This document shows, piece by piece, positions 28,132 through 38,018 of a DNA stretch of 64,000 bases. Source of the DNA: Clostridia bacterium (GTDB taxonomy: Bacteria > Bacillota > Clostridia > Oscillospirales > SIG627). The position numbers and the translations under genes were made by a program. The notes under the pieces were generated by a model, which had not been told where the DNA came from, did no database searches, and saw nothing but the letters and a program-made list of their open reading frames with translations. Where the stretch lies: positions 15,431 to 79,430 of the forward strand of contig JAFXEX010000005.1 of the NCBI GenBank assembly GCA_017520825.1. Direction: 5' to 3'. Position 1 is the stretch's first letter. Each line of letters opens with the position of its first letter.

Positions 28132-28599
28132 ATGTTTGATTCAGGACTTGTAATTGCAATTTTCGGTGCAACTCTTTGCGCCCTCTTGGGTGGTTGTGGC
28201 TCGGCTCTCGGCGTAATGTACGCAGGTAAGGCTGCTGCCGGTGTGGTTTCAGAAAAGCCCGACCTTTTCGGTAAAATGCTGGTGCTTCAGGCTCTCCCGG
28301 GTACACAGGGTATCTACGGCTTCCTTATCGCTATTCTCGTTATGGTTAACACCGGTCTTCTCGGTGACCCCGTTGAGCTTACAGTTGCACAGGGTTGGTC
28401 ATATTTCTTTGCTACCTTGCCTATGGCAATAGTAGGTCTTATCTCAGGTATTGCACAGGGTAAAACTGCTGCTGCTGCTATCCATATGACAGGTAAGCAA
28501 CCCGATGCTTCAGGTAAGGGTATTACCATGACTGCTCTCGTTGAAACCTACGCCATCCTTGCGCTTCTTACCTCAATTCTTTTGATATTCAGCCTTTAA
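28132..28599 (+). CDS. ntpK: V/A-type ATPase subunit K (c-ring, 4 TM)
   Basis: LPGTQGIYG, SGIAQG, VETYA. Start ATG 28132 with GGAGG RBS. Confidence 0.96.
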   Translation: MFDSGLVIAIFGATLCALLGGCGSALGVMYAGKAAAGVVSEKPDLFGKMLVLQALPGTQGIYGFLIAILVMVNTGLLGDPVELTVAQGWSYFFATLPMAIVGLISGIAQGKTAAAAIHMTGKQPDASGKGITMTALVETYAILALLTSILLIFSL

Positions 28600-28614
28600 T
28601 CAGGGAGAAAAATA

Positions 28615-29208
28615 ATGAGTGCAGAAACAGTAACTACAAAAATAGAAGAAAAAGCGCGCCTTGCTGCCGATGAAATACTTGCAGAAGCGAGAAAAAAGGC
28701 TGACTCCGACAGAAAAGCAATTCTTGACGATGCAGCTTTGCGTGTTGAAAAAATGCTTGAAGGCGCAAAGCAAAATGCAGAAATTGCAGAAAAGGGCAGA
28801 GCGCAGACCGATGCTATGAATATTAAGCTCGGTATTCTTGACACAAAGCGACAGATTATCAACGAAGCTAAAAACGAGGCAAAGGCAAAGCTTATCAATA
28901 TGAGCGAGGAAGACTTTATAAAAATCTTCACGAAGTATATTTCCACATCCGAGTTGTCGGGTGAATTTGAGCTTATTCCCTCTGCCGTTCACCGTGATTT
29001 CTGCAAAGGTGCTATAAAGAGCTTTGAGAAATGCGCTGATATTAAAATTAAGCTTTCAAAGGCAGATGCAGATATTGATTCGGGCTTCATACTTTCGTCG
29101 GAGGAATATGACGTTGAGTTTTCTCTTGACGCCGTGCTTGACGAAATGCTTGAAGTAAACGAAAAAGCAATTGCTGACATACTCTTTGAAACGGGAGACG
29201 TCAAATGA
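28615..29208 (+). CDS. ntpE: V/A-type ATPase subunit E
   Basis: N-terminal coiled coil, IDSGFIL motif, operon position. Confidence 0.88.
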   Translation: MSAETVTTKIEEKARLAADEILAEARKKADSDRKAILDDAALRVEKMLEGAKQNAEIAEKGRAQTDAMNIKLGILDTKRQIINEAKNEAKAKLINMSEEDFIKIFTKYISTSELSGEFELIPSAVHRDFCKGAIKSFEKCADIKIKLSKADADIDSGFILSSEEYDVEFSLDAVLDEMLEVNEKAIADILFETGDVK

Positions 29209-30065
29209 TGACGCAAAATGAATTTGCAAAAAAATCCTATGAATATGCCGTAGGTGCTATAAAAGCTACCTCTCATCCTCCGTTGACGGAGGAAGGGCTT
29301 CGCCGTTTGAGTGAAGCTGACTTGTCGGATTTTCCAAGGCTCCTTGACGAGCTTGGCTGGGGTCGTGGCATTGAGGGTAATCTGTACGAGAGAATTCAGG
29401 GTGAGTTTGAATATGCAGTTGCCTTCATTCGTGATATTTCCCCTGACCTTTCACTGACTGACCTTCTTCTCTTTGAAGAGGACGCGCAAAACTTGAAGCT
29501 ATTCTTAAAGGGTCAGCTTATCGGACGGGACGTAACCGAGCTTGCCAACAAGGGTGGCTCTATTCCCATAGAAATAATAAGAGGCTCTGTTGAAGCAGGT
29601 GACTTTTCTCTGATCAGTGAAACTCTTGATAGAGAGCTTAAAGGGATTGAAGAGGAAAAAGACCCCTTCGTGATAAGCTCAAGAGCAGACCGTGCGATAT
29701 TTATGCACACGCTGGAGCTTGCCCGAAAAAAGAACACGGCGCTCTACGAAATGCTTTTGAAGTACGGTGGCGCAAAGAACAGAATATCCGAAGCAAGACT
29801 GCGTCTTATGGGACAGGATATTGAAGGCGCAAAGGACCTTCTTCTGCCCGTTGAATACACAAGCATCGCCCAAGACGGCAGAAGCGAGGATGAAATAATT
29901 GAAGAAGCGAAGGAAACCATTTCCCACGCTATGTACGAATTGAGAAGTGGAGAAAACTTTGCTCCAATTGCAGAATATTTCTTTGCAAAGAAGAGTGAGT
30001 CAGAAGCTCTCAGACGACTTCTTACCCAGTGTGAGCTTCAAAACAAGGGGGCGAACGTACAGTGA
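29205..30065 (+). CDS. ntpC: V/A-type ATPase subunit C (d)
   Basis: YAVGAIK, DAQNLKLFLKG; located between subunits E and F. Confidence 0.82.
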   Translation: MMTQNEFAKKSYEYAVGAIKATSHPPLTEEGLRRLSEADLSDFPRLLDELGWGRGIEGNLYERIQGEFEYAVAFIRDISPDLSLTDLLLFEEDAQNLKLFLKGQLIGRDVTELANKGGSIPIEIIRGSVEAGDFSLISETLDRELKGIEEEKDPFVISSRADRAIFMHTLELARKKNTALYEMLLKYGGAKNRISEARLRLMGQDIEGAKDLLLPVEYTSIAQDGRSEDEIIEEAKETISHAMYELRSGENFAPIAEYFFAKKSESEALRRLLTQCELQNKGANVQ

Positions 30066-30382
30066 ATGAAAATAAAATTGCAGCAGTAGGTGACAGAGCA
30101 AGTATTCTTATTTTCAACACAGCAGGAATTCTTACCCGTGCCGTTGACAGCGCTAAATCGGCTGAGCGCGAGGTGAGAGCACTTGCGTCAAACGGATACA
30201 AGGTTATTTTTATCAGTGAAAAATATATCGCTGACCTTACGGATATACTTGAAAAATACAGAGAATCAGCTTATCCCGCCATTATTCCCATTCCCGACAG
30301 ATCGGGGACTATGGGGGTTGGAAATGAAAAAATTATAGCCAATATGGAAAAGGCTATCGGGACTAATATTTTTGATAAATGA
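30062..30382 (+). CDS. ntpG: V/A-type ATPase subunit F
   Basis: KIAAVGD, PAIIPIP, EKAIGTNI. Confidence 0.92.
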   Translation: MNENKIAAVGDRASILIFNTAGILTRAVDSAKSAEREVRALASNGYKVIFISEKYIADLTDILEKYRESAYPAIIPIPDRSGTMGVGNEKIIANMEKAIGTNIFDK

Positions 30383-30403
30383 GAAAGGTAAGGTATACCT
30401 TAA

Positions 30404-32179
30404 ATGGAAAAACAGGTTGGAACTATATATAAGGTTGCAGGTCCTCTTATCGTTGCCACGGGAATGCGTGACGTTCAGATGTACGACGTGGTAAGGGTAA
30501 GTGAGAAGAAGCTTCTCGGTGAAATTATCGAGCTGAGAGGTGACCGTGCATCCATTCAGGTTTACGAGGACACTACCGGCATCGGACCTGGTGAAAACGT
30601 ATACGTTACAGGCGAGCCTCTTTCAGCAGAGCTTGCACCCGGTCTTATTGAGGGTATTTTCGACGGAATTGAGCGTCCTCTTGAAAAAATCAGAGACGTG
30701 GCAGGAAGCAGAATACCCAGAGGTATTGACCTTCCCAAGCTTGACCGTGAGAAAAAGTGGTTCTTCAAAGCAGTAGCCAAGGTTGGTGACAAGGTGTCAG
30801 GTGGTAAAGTGCTTGGAGAGGTAGAAGAAACTCTTGCCGTAACTCAGAAAATAATGGTGCCTCCCACTATGTCAGGTACTGTTGAATGGATTTACGAGGG
30901 TGAAGCTACGATTACCGAAACCATAGCTAAAATAAAGACCGACAAGGGAGACGTAGTTGATATTGCCATGCTTCAGAAATGGCCAGTAAGACGTCGCCGT
31001 CCCTATGCCGAAAAGCTTGTACCAAACGAGCCCATGATAACGGGACAGAGAACCATCGACTCTCTCTTCCCTATTACAAAGGGTGGTGTTGCGGCAATTC
31101 CAGGTCCCTTTGGCTCAGGTAAAACCGTTACGCAGCATCAGATAGCAAAATGGGCTGATGCAGACATTATTATTTACATTGGTTGTGGAGAACGTGGAAA
31201 TGAAATGACCGACGTTCTTAAGGAATTCCCCACGCTGAACGACCCGAGAACAGGTCTTTCGATTATGAAGAGAACGGTTCTCATAGCAAACACCTCTGAT
31301 ATGCCCGTTGCTGCTCGTGAGGCGTCAATTTACACGGGTATTACCATTGCAGAATACTTCAGAGATATGGGCTACAAGGTTGCTATTATCGCCGATTCAA
31401 CGTCACGCTGGGCAGAAGCCCTTCGTGAAATGTCCGGACGACTTGAGGAAATGCCGGGTGAAGAAGGCTACCCTGCATATCTTTCAACAAGACTTGCAGA
31501 ATTCTACGAAAGAGCTGGCTCTGTAAAATGTCTTGGTGGTGACAGATTCGGCGCAATAACTGCCATCGGTGCAGTATCTCCTCCCGGTGGTGACACAAGT
31601 GAACCCGTATCCCAGGCAACTCTCCGTATCGTAAAGGTATTCTGGGGACTTAGTGCTGACCTTGCGTACAAGCGTCACTTCCCTGCTATTGACTGGCTTA
31701 AGAGCTATTCTCTTTACGAGGAATCAGCTTTCAAATACTATACCGAAAAGGTAAACGACGAATGGGCTGCTCACGTAAGAGAGGTAAAGGCGCTTCTCGG
31801 CGAAGAGGCAGAGCTTCAGGAAATCGTACGTCTTATCGGATTTGACGCTCTGGGTGAAAAGGACAGAATCACCCTTGAATGCGCACGCTCAATCCGTGAG
31901 GACTTCTTGCAGCAGGACTCCTTCCGTGAGTATGACAGATACACCTCGTCGGCAAAGCAGGCTGATATGCTGTCGGCTATTCTGAATTGGTATCATATGA
32001 GCCTTTCTTCTCTTAGCAAGGGCGCTACCTATAAAATGATAATGAATATGTCTGTGCTTGAAATGATTGCTAAAATGAAATACCAGCCCGAAGAAAGCTG
32101 GTCTGATTTCTATGCAAATCTGAATGAAACTCTTTCACGCGAGTTTTCAGAAATAGGCATTGGAGGTGACATAGCTTGA
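30404..32179 (+). CDS. ntpA: V/A-type ATPase subunit A (catalytic)
   Basis: Walker [42 protein letters not shown]. Confidence 0.98.
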   Translation: MEKQVGTIYKVAGPLIVATGMRDVQMYDVVRVSEKKLLGEIIELRGDRASIQVYEDTTGIGPGENVYVTGEPLSAELAPGLIEGIFDGIERPLEKIRDVAGSRIPRGIDLPKLDREKKWFFKAVAKVGDKVSGGKVLGEVEETLAVTQKIMVPPTMSGTVEWIYEGEATITETIAKIKTDKGDVVDIAMLQKWPVRRRRPYAEKLVPNEPMITGQRTIDSLFPITKGGVAAIPGPFGSGKTVTQHQIAKWADADIIIYIGCGERGNEMTDVLKEFPTLNDPRTGLSIMKRTVLIANTSDMPVAAREASIYTGITIAEYFRDMGYKVAIIADSTSRWAEALREMSGRLEEMPGEEGYPAYLSTRLAEFYERAGSVKCLGGDRFGAITAIGAVSPPGGDTSEPVSQATLRIVKVFWGLSADLAYKRHFPAIDWLKSYSLYEESAFKYYTEKVNDEWAAHVREVKALLGEEAELQEIVRLIGFDALGEKDRITLECARSIREDFLQQDSFREYDRYTSSAKQADMLSAILNWYHMSLSSLSKGATYKMIMNMSVLEMIAKMKYQPEESWSDFYANLNETLSREFSEIGIGGDIA

Positions 32180-33549
32180 AGAAGGAATATAAAACAATAA
32201 AAGAGGCAGTTGGACCTCTTATGATGGTTGAATGTGTTGACAACGTAAAATACTACGAGATCGTTGAAATTAAAGAAGCTAATGGCAACACACGACTTGG
32301 AAGAGTTCTTGAAATAAAGGACAAAACTGCAGTAGTTCAGCTTTTTGAAAGCTCTCAGGGACTTCAGTTATCCAGTGCCAAGGCAAAATTTCTCGGACGC
32401 CCTCTGGAGCTTGCCGTGTCACGCGATATGATAGGCAGAGTATTCGATGGAATGGGCAGACCCATTGACAACGGTGAAAAGATTATTCCCGAAAGGTTTG
32501 ACGATATTAACGGCGAGCCTATCAATCCTGCAGCACGCGATTACCCTGCTGAATTCATTCAGACAGGTATTTCTGCAATAGACGGACTTAACACACTTGT
32601 AAGAGGACAGAAGCTTCCAATTTTCTCTGGCTCAGGTCTTCCACACGCAAACCTTGCAGCACAGATTGCAAGACAGGCTAAGGTACGTGGAGGTAACGAT
32701 AACTTTGCCGTTGTATTCGCTGCTATCGGTATCACCTTTGAGGAAGCGCAGTTCTTTGTAAACGACTTTAAGAAGACGGGCTCTATTGAGCGTTCCGTGC
32801 TCTTTATGAATCTTGCTGACGCACCTGCAGTTGAGCGTATTGCCACTCCCCGTATGGCTATTACCTGCGCAGAATATCTCGCTTACGAGCTTGGTATGCA
32901 CGTGCTTGTAATACTCACCGACCTTACTAACTACGCAGAAGCTCTCCGTGAGGTTTCGGCAGCTAGAAAGGAAGTTCCGGGCAGACGAGGATATCCGGGT
33001 TACCTTTACACCGACCTTGCAACCCTCTATGAAAGAGCAGGAAGAATAAACGGCAAGGGTGGTTCTATAACGCAGATTCCCATTCTTACAATGCCTGAGG
33101 ACGACAAAACTCACCCCATTCCCGACCTTACAGGATATATTACAGAGGGACAGATAATTCTTTCACGTGATTTGTATATGAGAGGTATCGAGCCTCCCAT
33201 CGATGTACTCCCCTCCCTTAGCCGTCTGAAGAATAAGGGTATCGGTGAGGGCAAGACACGTGAGGACCACGCTGATACGATGAACCAGATTTTCTCGGCG
33301 TATGCAAGAGGTAAGGAAGCCAAGGAATTGGCTGTCGTATTGGGCGAAGCTGCTCTTTCTGAAATGGACAGAAAGTATGCTAAGTTCTCCGAAGCCTTTG
33401 AAAACGAATATATTTCACAGGGCTACAACACCGACAGAAGCATAGAAAAAACCCTTGAAATAGGCTGGAAGCTTCTCTCTATTCTTCCGAAATCCGAATT
33501 AAAGAGAATCAGACCTGAATATATTGAGAAATATATGACCGAAAGCTGA
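32176..33549 (+). CDS. ntpB: V/A-type ATPase subunit B
   Basis: [43 protein letters not shown]. Confidence 0.98.
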   Translation: MKKEYKTIKEAVGPLMMVECVDNVKYYEIVEIKEANGNTRLGRVLEIKDKTAVVQLFESSQGLQLSSAKAKFLGRPLELAVSRDMIGRVFDGMGRPIDNGEKIIPERFDDINGEPINPAARDYPAEFIQTGISAIDGLNTLVRGQKLPIFSGSGLPHANLAAQIARQAKVRGGNDNFAVVFAAIGITFEEAQFFVNDFKKTGSIERSVLFMNLADAPAVERIATPRMAITCAEYLAYELGMHVLVILTDLTNYAEALREVSAARKEVPGRRGYPGYLYTDLATLYERAGRINGKGGSITQIPILTMPEDDKTHPIPDLTGYITEGQIILSRDLYMRGIEPPIDVLPSLSRLKNKGIGEGKTREDHADTMNQIFSAYARGKEAKELAVVLGEAALSEMDRKYAKFSEAFENEYISQGYNTDRSIEKTLEIGWKLLSILPKSELKRIRPEYIEKYMTES

Positions 33550-33559
33550 GGTGGGATAG

Positions 33560-34186
33560 ATGGCAACAAGGGTAAATCCCACCAGAATGGAGTTGACGCG
33601 CACCAAAAAGCGTCTTGCAACGGCAATTAAGGGTCATAAGCTTCTTAAGGATAAGCAGGATGAAATGGCAAGACAGTTTATGGCGTATATCAAGAGAAAC
33701 CGTGAGCTCAGACTTGAAGTTGAGGAGCTACTTGCCACGGCTATGCAGAACACAGCCATTGCAGAAGCAGAAATGGGCGAAAGTGCATTGACGGAAGCTC
33801 TGCTTGTACCCACTGCGTCAAACGAGGCAAGCTGGGGCACAAAGAATATAATGAGTGTCATAGTTCCCGATATAAGTGCAAAATCAGATGAAAAAGTGGC
33901 CACCATTCCCTATTCAACGGCGTTTACGTCAAGATATCTTGACCGTGCCACCCTTGACGTTCAAAAGCTGATGCCAAAGCTTTTAGAGCTTGCATCGGTT
34001 GAAAAAACCTGTGATATGCTGGCAGACGAGCTTGAACGTACTCGCAGACGTGTAAATGCGTTGGAATACGTAATGATTGCCGAAATGAAGGCTAACATCA
34101 AATATATTACCATGAAGCTTGAAGATAACGAGCGTGGTAATCTGACCAGACTTATGAAGGTCAAGGATATGATGAAGGAAGAATAA
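33560..34186 (+). CDS. ntpD: V/A-type ATPase subunit D
   Basis: NPTRMEL, GHKLLKDK, TRRRVNALE. Confidence 0.97.
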   Translation: MATRVNPTRMELTRTKKRLATAIKGHKLLKDKQDEMARQFMAYIKRNRELRLEVEELLATAMQNTAIAEAEMGESALTEALLVPTASNEASWGTKNIMSVIVPDISAKSDEKVATIPYSTAFTSRYLDRATLDVQKLMPKLLELASVEKTCDMLADELERTRRRVNALEYVMIAEMKANIKYITMKLEDNERGNLTRLMKVKDMMKEE

Positions 34187-34226
34187 ACGGCGAGGTCGAC
34201 TTCAAAGAATCTCTATAAAGCAAAAA

Positions 34227-34256
34227 TAAAACTCGTACTTTTCAGTACGAGTTTTA
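34227..34256. terminator. Bidirectional terminator
   Basis: TAAAACTCGTACT-tttc-AGTACGAGTTTTA. Confidence 0.85.
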
Positions 34257-34262
34257 TGTCTG

Positions 34263-34898
34263 TTATAGGTTAGGCTTTTCGTTTGATTTTCTTTCGATAC
34301 ACTCACATATAAGTCTTGCTGAAAGGTCGGTACCGAATTTACCCGAATCTATGATAAGGTCGTAATATTCAGGTCTTCCCCATACTTGTTGAGTATGGCT
34401 ATCGTAATAGTCGGCTCTTATCTTATCGGTTTTCTTTATCAGCTTTTTAGCCTCTGCCTCGCTTACGTGATAAAGTCGGCAGGCACGCTCAATTCTTTGA
34501 GAAAGGTCTGCCTTTATGAATACGCTTATAACGTTAGGTCTGTCCGATAACACGAAATCGGCACATCTGCCCATAATAACGCAAGGACCCTTTTCGGCGT
34601 AATTCGTTATTGCCGAAAACTGTGCTTCGGCGATTCTGATACTGATAGGAAGCATAAGAGACGGGTCTTCGCTGTACCAATAATTTGCGTATTGGTATCC
34701 GGGATAGTCCCAAAGCTTCGGTGGCTTTTCGTCATGCTTCTTGATGTCCTCAGGACTCATTTTTAAGATTCCCGCTGCTTCGTCGATTATCTCTCTGTCA
34801 TAGTATGGAATATCAAGAGCTTTTGCAACCTTGTGTCCTATTTCTGCTCCACCACTACAAAACTGACGTCCTACTGTAATTACCCAATTATTTTTCAT
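34263..34898 (-). CDS. Cytidylate kinase-like family protein
   Basis: ITVGRQFCSGG, YYDREII, CVIMGRCADFVL, YDLIIDS. Confidence 0.9.
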   Translation of the reverse strand: MKNNWVITVGRQFCSGGAEIGHKVAKALDIPYYDREIIDEAAGILKMSPEDIKKHDEKPPKLWDYPGYQYANYWYSEDPSLMLPISIRIAEAQFSAITNYAEKGPCVIMGRCADFVLSDRPNVISVFIKADLSQRIERACRLYHVSEAEAKKLIKKTDKIRADYYDSHTQQVWGRPEYYDLIIDSGKFGTDLSARLICECIERKSNEKPNL

Positions 34899-34942
34899 AA
34901 GGTACTCCTTTCTGCATATAGCATTATATTTTATTCGCTTAT

Positions 34943-35008
34943 ATTATATCATATTTATTCAAAATTTGCAACTGCGATATTGATTTTTTTGTTCAAATGT
35001 GATATATT
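34943..35008. promoter_or_regulatory. Divergent sigmaA promoters (cmk-like gene / cysK)
   Basis: Minus strand TTGCAA-17-TATAAT; plus strand TTGATT-17-TATATT; both with TG extension. Confidence 0.55.
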
Positions 35009-35026
35009 TCTTAAGAGGTGTTAACA

Positions 35027-35950
35027 ATGATATACAATAATATAACCGAGCTTGTGGGAAATACTCCCCTTGTTCGTGCAAAAAAGCTTGAAGAAAAAAA
35101 CGGAGCTCTTGCCAATCTCATATTAAAGCTTGAGCTTTTTAATCCTGCAGGAAGCTCAAAGGACAGAGTTGCCGTTGAGATGATAAAGGATGCTTTGAAT
35201 AGTGGAAAAATAAAGGAAGGGGCGACCCTTATTGAGCCCACAAGTGGTAACACGGGTATCGGTCTTGCAATGGCAGCGTCGGCGTTTGGATTGAAAACCG
35301 TTCTGATTATGCCGGACACAATGAGCGTGGAAAGAAGAAAGATACTGTCTGCCTACGGAGCAGAGCTTATACTCACACCTGGAAAAGAAGGTATGAGTGG
35401 AGCGATTAAAAAAGCCGAAGAATTGGCAAGTGAAATTGAAGGCTCTTTTATCCCCTCGCAGTTTGACAATCCTGCAAATCCCTTATCCCACTATAAAACC
35501 ACAGGTGTTGAGGTATGGAATGACACCGAAGGCGATATCGACGTTTTCGTAGCGTCGGTTGGCACGGGTGGTACGATTTCAGGTAGTGCAAAATATTTGA
35601 AGGAGCAGAAGCCCGACGTAAAAATCATAGCCGTTGAGCCTGCCGACTCCCCTCTTATTTCAAAGGGGGTAGCAGGCCCTCATAAGCTTCAGGGCATTGG
35701 CGCAAACTTTATACCTAAGAATTACGATGCCTCACTTATTGACGAGGTTATGACGGCAACCACAGAGGAAGCTTACGAAACGGTGCGTTCTCTGGCAAGG
35801 CTTGAAGGCATACTCGTTGGTGTTTCCTCGGGTGCTGCCGTATCGGTTGCCATAAGGCTTGCAAAAATGAATGAATACAAGGGTAAGAAAATCGTTGTCC
35901 TTTGCCCCGACACCGGAATGAGATATTTATCAACCGAGGATTTGTTTTAA
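35027..35950 (+). CDS. cysK: Cysteine synthase A
   Basis: GNTPLV, NPAGSSKDR (PLP Lys), EPTSGNTG, GTGGT, QGIG. Start ATG 35027. Confidence 0.96.
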   Translation: MIYNNITELVGNTPLVRAKKLEEKNGALANLILKLELFNPAGSSKDRVAVEMIKDALNSGKIKEGATLIEPTSGNTGIGLAMAASAFGLKTVLIMPDTMSVERRKILSAYGAELILTPGKEGMSGAIKKAEELASEIEGSFIPSQFDNPANPLSHYKTTGVEVWNDTEGDIDVFVASVGTGGTISGSAKYLKEQKPDVKIIAVEPADSPLISKGVAGPHKLQGIGANFIPKNYDASLIDEVMTATTEEAYETVRSLARLEGILVGVSSGAAVSVAIRLAKMNEYKGKKIVVLCPDTGMRYLSTEDLF

Positions 35951-36048
35951 AAAAATTCCTATGGCAATGAGCTGGGTTGATAGGGACAGTTATCTTTATT
36001 AGAAACAGAATTTGGCACACAAATTTCCTGCTTGCAGCAGTATAAGAC

Positions 36049-36096
36049 AAAACTACCCGAAGAAGAGAAAGCAAAACTCTTTTTCGGGTAGTTTTT
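36049..36096 (+). terminator. Long terminator hairpin inside the insert
   Basis: AAAACTACCCGAAGAAGAG-loop-CTCTTTTTCGGGTAGTTTT followed by T-rich sequence. Confidence 0.8.
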
Positions 36097-36103
36097 ATTT
36101 TTG

Positions 36104-36274
36104 CGATATATTGCTTCGCAATGCGATATTTTTTCTTGCGAAAAATCGATATATTTACCTTATGGTAAATTCGATATGATATAAATCCCTTCACGCCCCA
36201 CAGGGCATATCGAGTGCGTAGCACATATCGAACATTGTAGGTGTATATCGAAAATCCCTTAGGGATTTATATCG
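36104..36274. repeat. CGATAT/ATATCG multi-hairpin element (REP/MITE-like or structured ncRNA)
   Basis: Four CGATAT (36104, 36124, 36147, 36172) and four ATATCG (36207, 36225, 36245, 36269), separated by small hairpins. Confidence 0.75.
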
Positions 36275-36321
36275 ATGCATTGTGTCCTTTCAGACACAAT
36301 GCTAAAGCCATAGGAATTTTT

Positions 36322-37416
36322 TTATAATAATGAATTTTCAAAAATTTCGGTTTCAGCTTCAAGTGTTGCTTCAAAGGGGCAGGTCAGGGCGTTTTTAGCT
36401 TTAACCGTAGTCTGCACCCATTCGTTAAGCTCGTTCTTTGTAAAAGAGATATCGTTTGGAAGAAGTACCTTCATAACCTTTTCAAATTCGTCAAGTGAAT
36501 TAAGTCCAAGATTTAAAAGAAGTATTTCAACCTTTTCGGGTATTACTTCCTCGGCTTTTCTCAGATACTCTGTCAAAAGCAAGCCGTTTGCCATTCCGTG
36601 AGGAATATCCTTATAGAATGTCAAGGGATAGCCCATTGAATGAACGATAGTCGTTCCCGTCTGCGCTATAACGATACCACCAAGGGTTGACGCCCACAAA
36701 AGCTCTTCTCGGTCATCGGCAGTAAATTTGCCCTCGATAAGCGCTTTTATTTTTTTGCCCCATATTCTCATTCCCTTTAAGGCTACGTACTCCGTCATAT
36801 CGCCTGAACGGGTGTTGGTATAGCTCTCTATAAGATGGCTGAGAGCATCAACTGCAGTATTGCGTGTTATCTGTACGGGAAGGTTTTCGGTATATTTGCC
36901 GTCAACAAAGGCGACCTTGTAAAAGGTATCCTCCGTGGAAAAGCTGCGCTTTGTATGCTCGTCGGTCACTGTAAGGACCGAATACTGCGTTACCTCTGAC
37001 CCTGTGCCTGCAGTAGTGGGTATTGCCACCATTGGCAATGGCTTTACAGAATAGTTACAGTTGTAAATATCCATAGGTGCCATTTCGGAGTTGACTCCAT
37101 ACACGGCAACGGCTTTTGCGGCGTCAAGTGGAGAGCCACCACCTATTCCTATAATGAAATCAGCGTTGAATTCACGGGCTTCCTTACCTGCCTCAAAGCA
37201 TTCTTCAACCGTGGGGTTATTCCCTATTCTGTCGCAAATAGCATACGGAACGTTGTTTGAGTCAAGTATATTTACCACGTCTTCAAGGGCACCTGAAATT
37301 CGTCCCGACGTTTTACCTGTAACGATAAATGCTCTTTTGCCGAGCAAAAGCTCCTTGTAATTATTGGCAAGGCAATCTCTGCCCTTGAATATTTTTGTGG
37401 GTATGTAAAATTTCAT
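36322..37416 (-). CDS. Iron-containing alcohol dehydrogenase family protein
   Basis: NPT, GGGSPLDAAK, IPTTAGTGSE, DALSHLIES, HSMGY, HG. Confidence 0.93.
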   Translation of the reverse strand: MKFYIPTKIFKGRDCLANNYKELLLGKRAFIVTGKTSGRISGALEDVVNILDSNNVPYAICDRIGNNPTVEECFEAGKEAREFNADFIIGIGGGSPLDAAKAVAVYGVNSEMAPMDIYNCNYSVKPLPMVAIPTTAGTGSEVTQYSVLTVTDEHTKRSFSTEDTFYKVAFVDGKYTENLPVQITRNTAVDALSHLIESYTNTRSGDMTEYVALKGMRIWGKKIKALIEGKFTADDREELLWASTLGGIVIAQTGTTIVHSMGYPLTFYKDIPHGMANGLLLTEYLRKAEEVIPEKVEILLLNLGLNSLDEFEKVMKVLLPNDISFTKNELNEWVQTTVKAKNALTCPFEATLEAETEIFENSLL

Positions 37417-37432
37417 AGTACGTACCTTTCAG

Positions 37433-37458
37433 AAAAGCACCACAAACGTGGTGCTTTT
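37433..37458 (-). terminator. Terminator after rubrerythrin
   Basis: AAAAGCACCAC-aaac-GTGGTGCTTTT. Confidence 0.75.
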
Positions 37459-37464
37459 TCTCTC

Positions 37465-37998
37465 TTAATAATTCTCTTTTCTCTGTTCAAAATAGCTTCT
37501 GGGATGCTTACATACGGGGCAAACCTCGGGTGCCTTTTTGCCGATAACAAGGTGACCACAGTTGCGGCATTCCCAAATTGTTTCCTCTGCCTTTTCAAAT
37601 ACCTGCTGCATTTCGATATTTGAAAGGAGCTTGCGATAGCGTTCCTCGTGTGTCTTTTCTATTGCTCCTACCATTCTGAACTGTGCTGCAAGGTCGTGGA
37701 AGCCTTCATCGTCAGCATCCTTTGCAAACTGGTCGTACATTATAGTCCACTCGTAATTCTCGCCACTTGCTGCATCTGCAAGGTTTGCAGAGGTATCGCC
37801 AAGGCAGGAAAGTGCTTTGAACCAAAGCTTTGCGTGTTCCTTTTCGTTGTTGGCAGTTGATTCAAAAATAGCTGCAATCTGCTCGTAGCCTTCCTTCTTT
37901 GCAACCGATGCAAAGTAGGTGTACTTATTTCTTGCCTGTGACTCGCCTGAAAAGGCGTCTCTGAGATTCTGCTCTGTTTTTGTTCCTTTAAGATCCAT
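37465..37998 (-). CDS. rbr: Rubrerythrin
   Basis: [29 protein letters not shown] and C-terminal WECRNCG...CPVC rubredoxin domain. Confidence 0.96.
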   Translation of the reverse strand: MDLKGTKTEQNLRDAFSGESQARNKYTYFASVAKKEGYEQIAAIFESTANNEKEHAKLWFKALSCLGDTSANLADAASGENYEWTIMYDQFAKDADDEGFHDLAAQFRMVGAIEKTHEERYRKLLSNIEMQQVFEKAEETIWECRNCGHLVIGKKAPEVCPVCKHPRSYFEQRKENY

Positions 37999-38018
37999 AA
38001 TAATTCTCCTTTATTCTC

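Larger units (their letters stand above)
35948..36324. repeat. Perfect 18-bp inverted repeat enclosing a ~340-bp insert
   Basis: TAAAAAAATTCCTATGGC (35948-35965) and GCCATAGGAATTTTTTTA (36307-36324). The outer ends are the stop codons of the two convergent genes. Confidence 0.8.

Noticed and set aside
35748-36224. 158-aa minus-strand ORF across the repeat element
   Set aside because: Overlaps cysK antisense and runs through hairpins; no RBS or transposase motifs.
36104-36274. Possible CRISPR array
   Set aside because: Repeats are only 6 bp, switch orientation midway and have short self-complementary spacers; no cas genes in the window.
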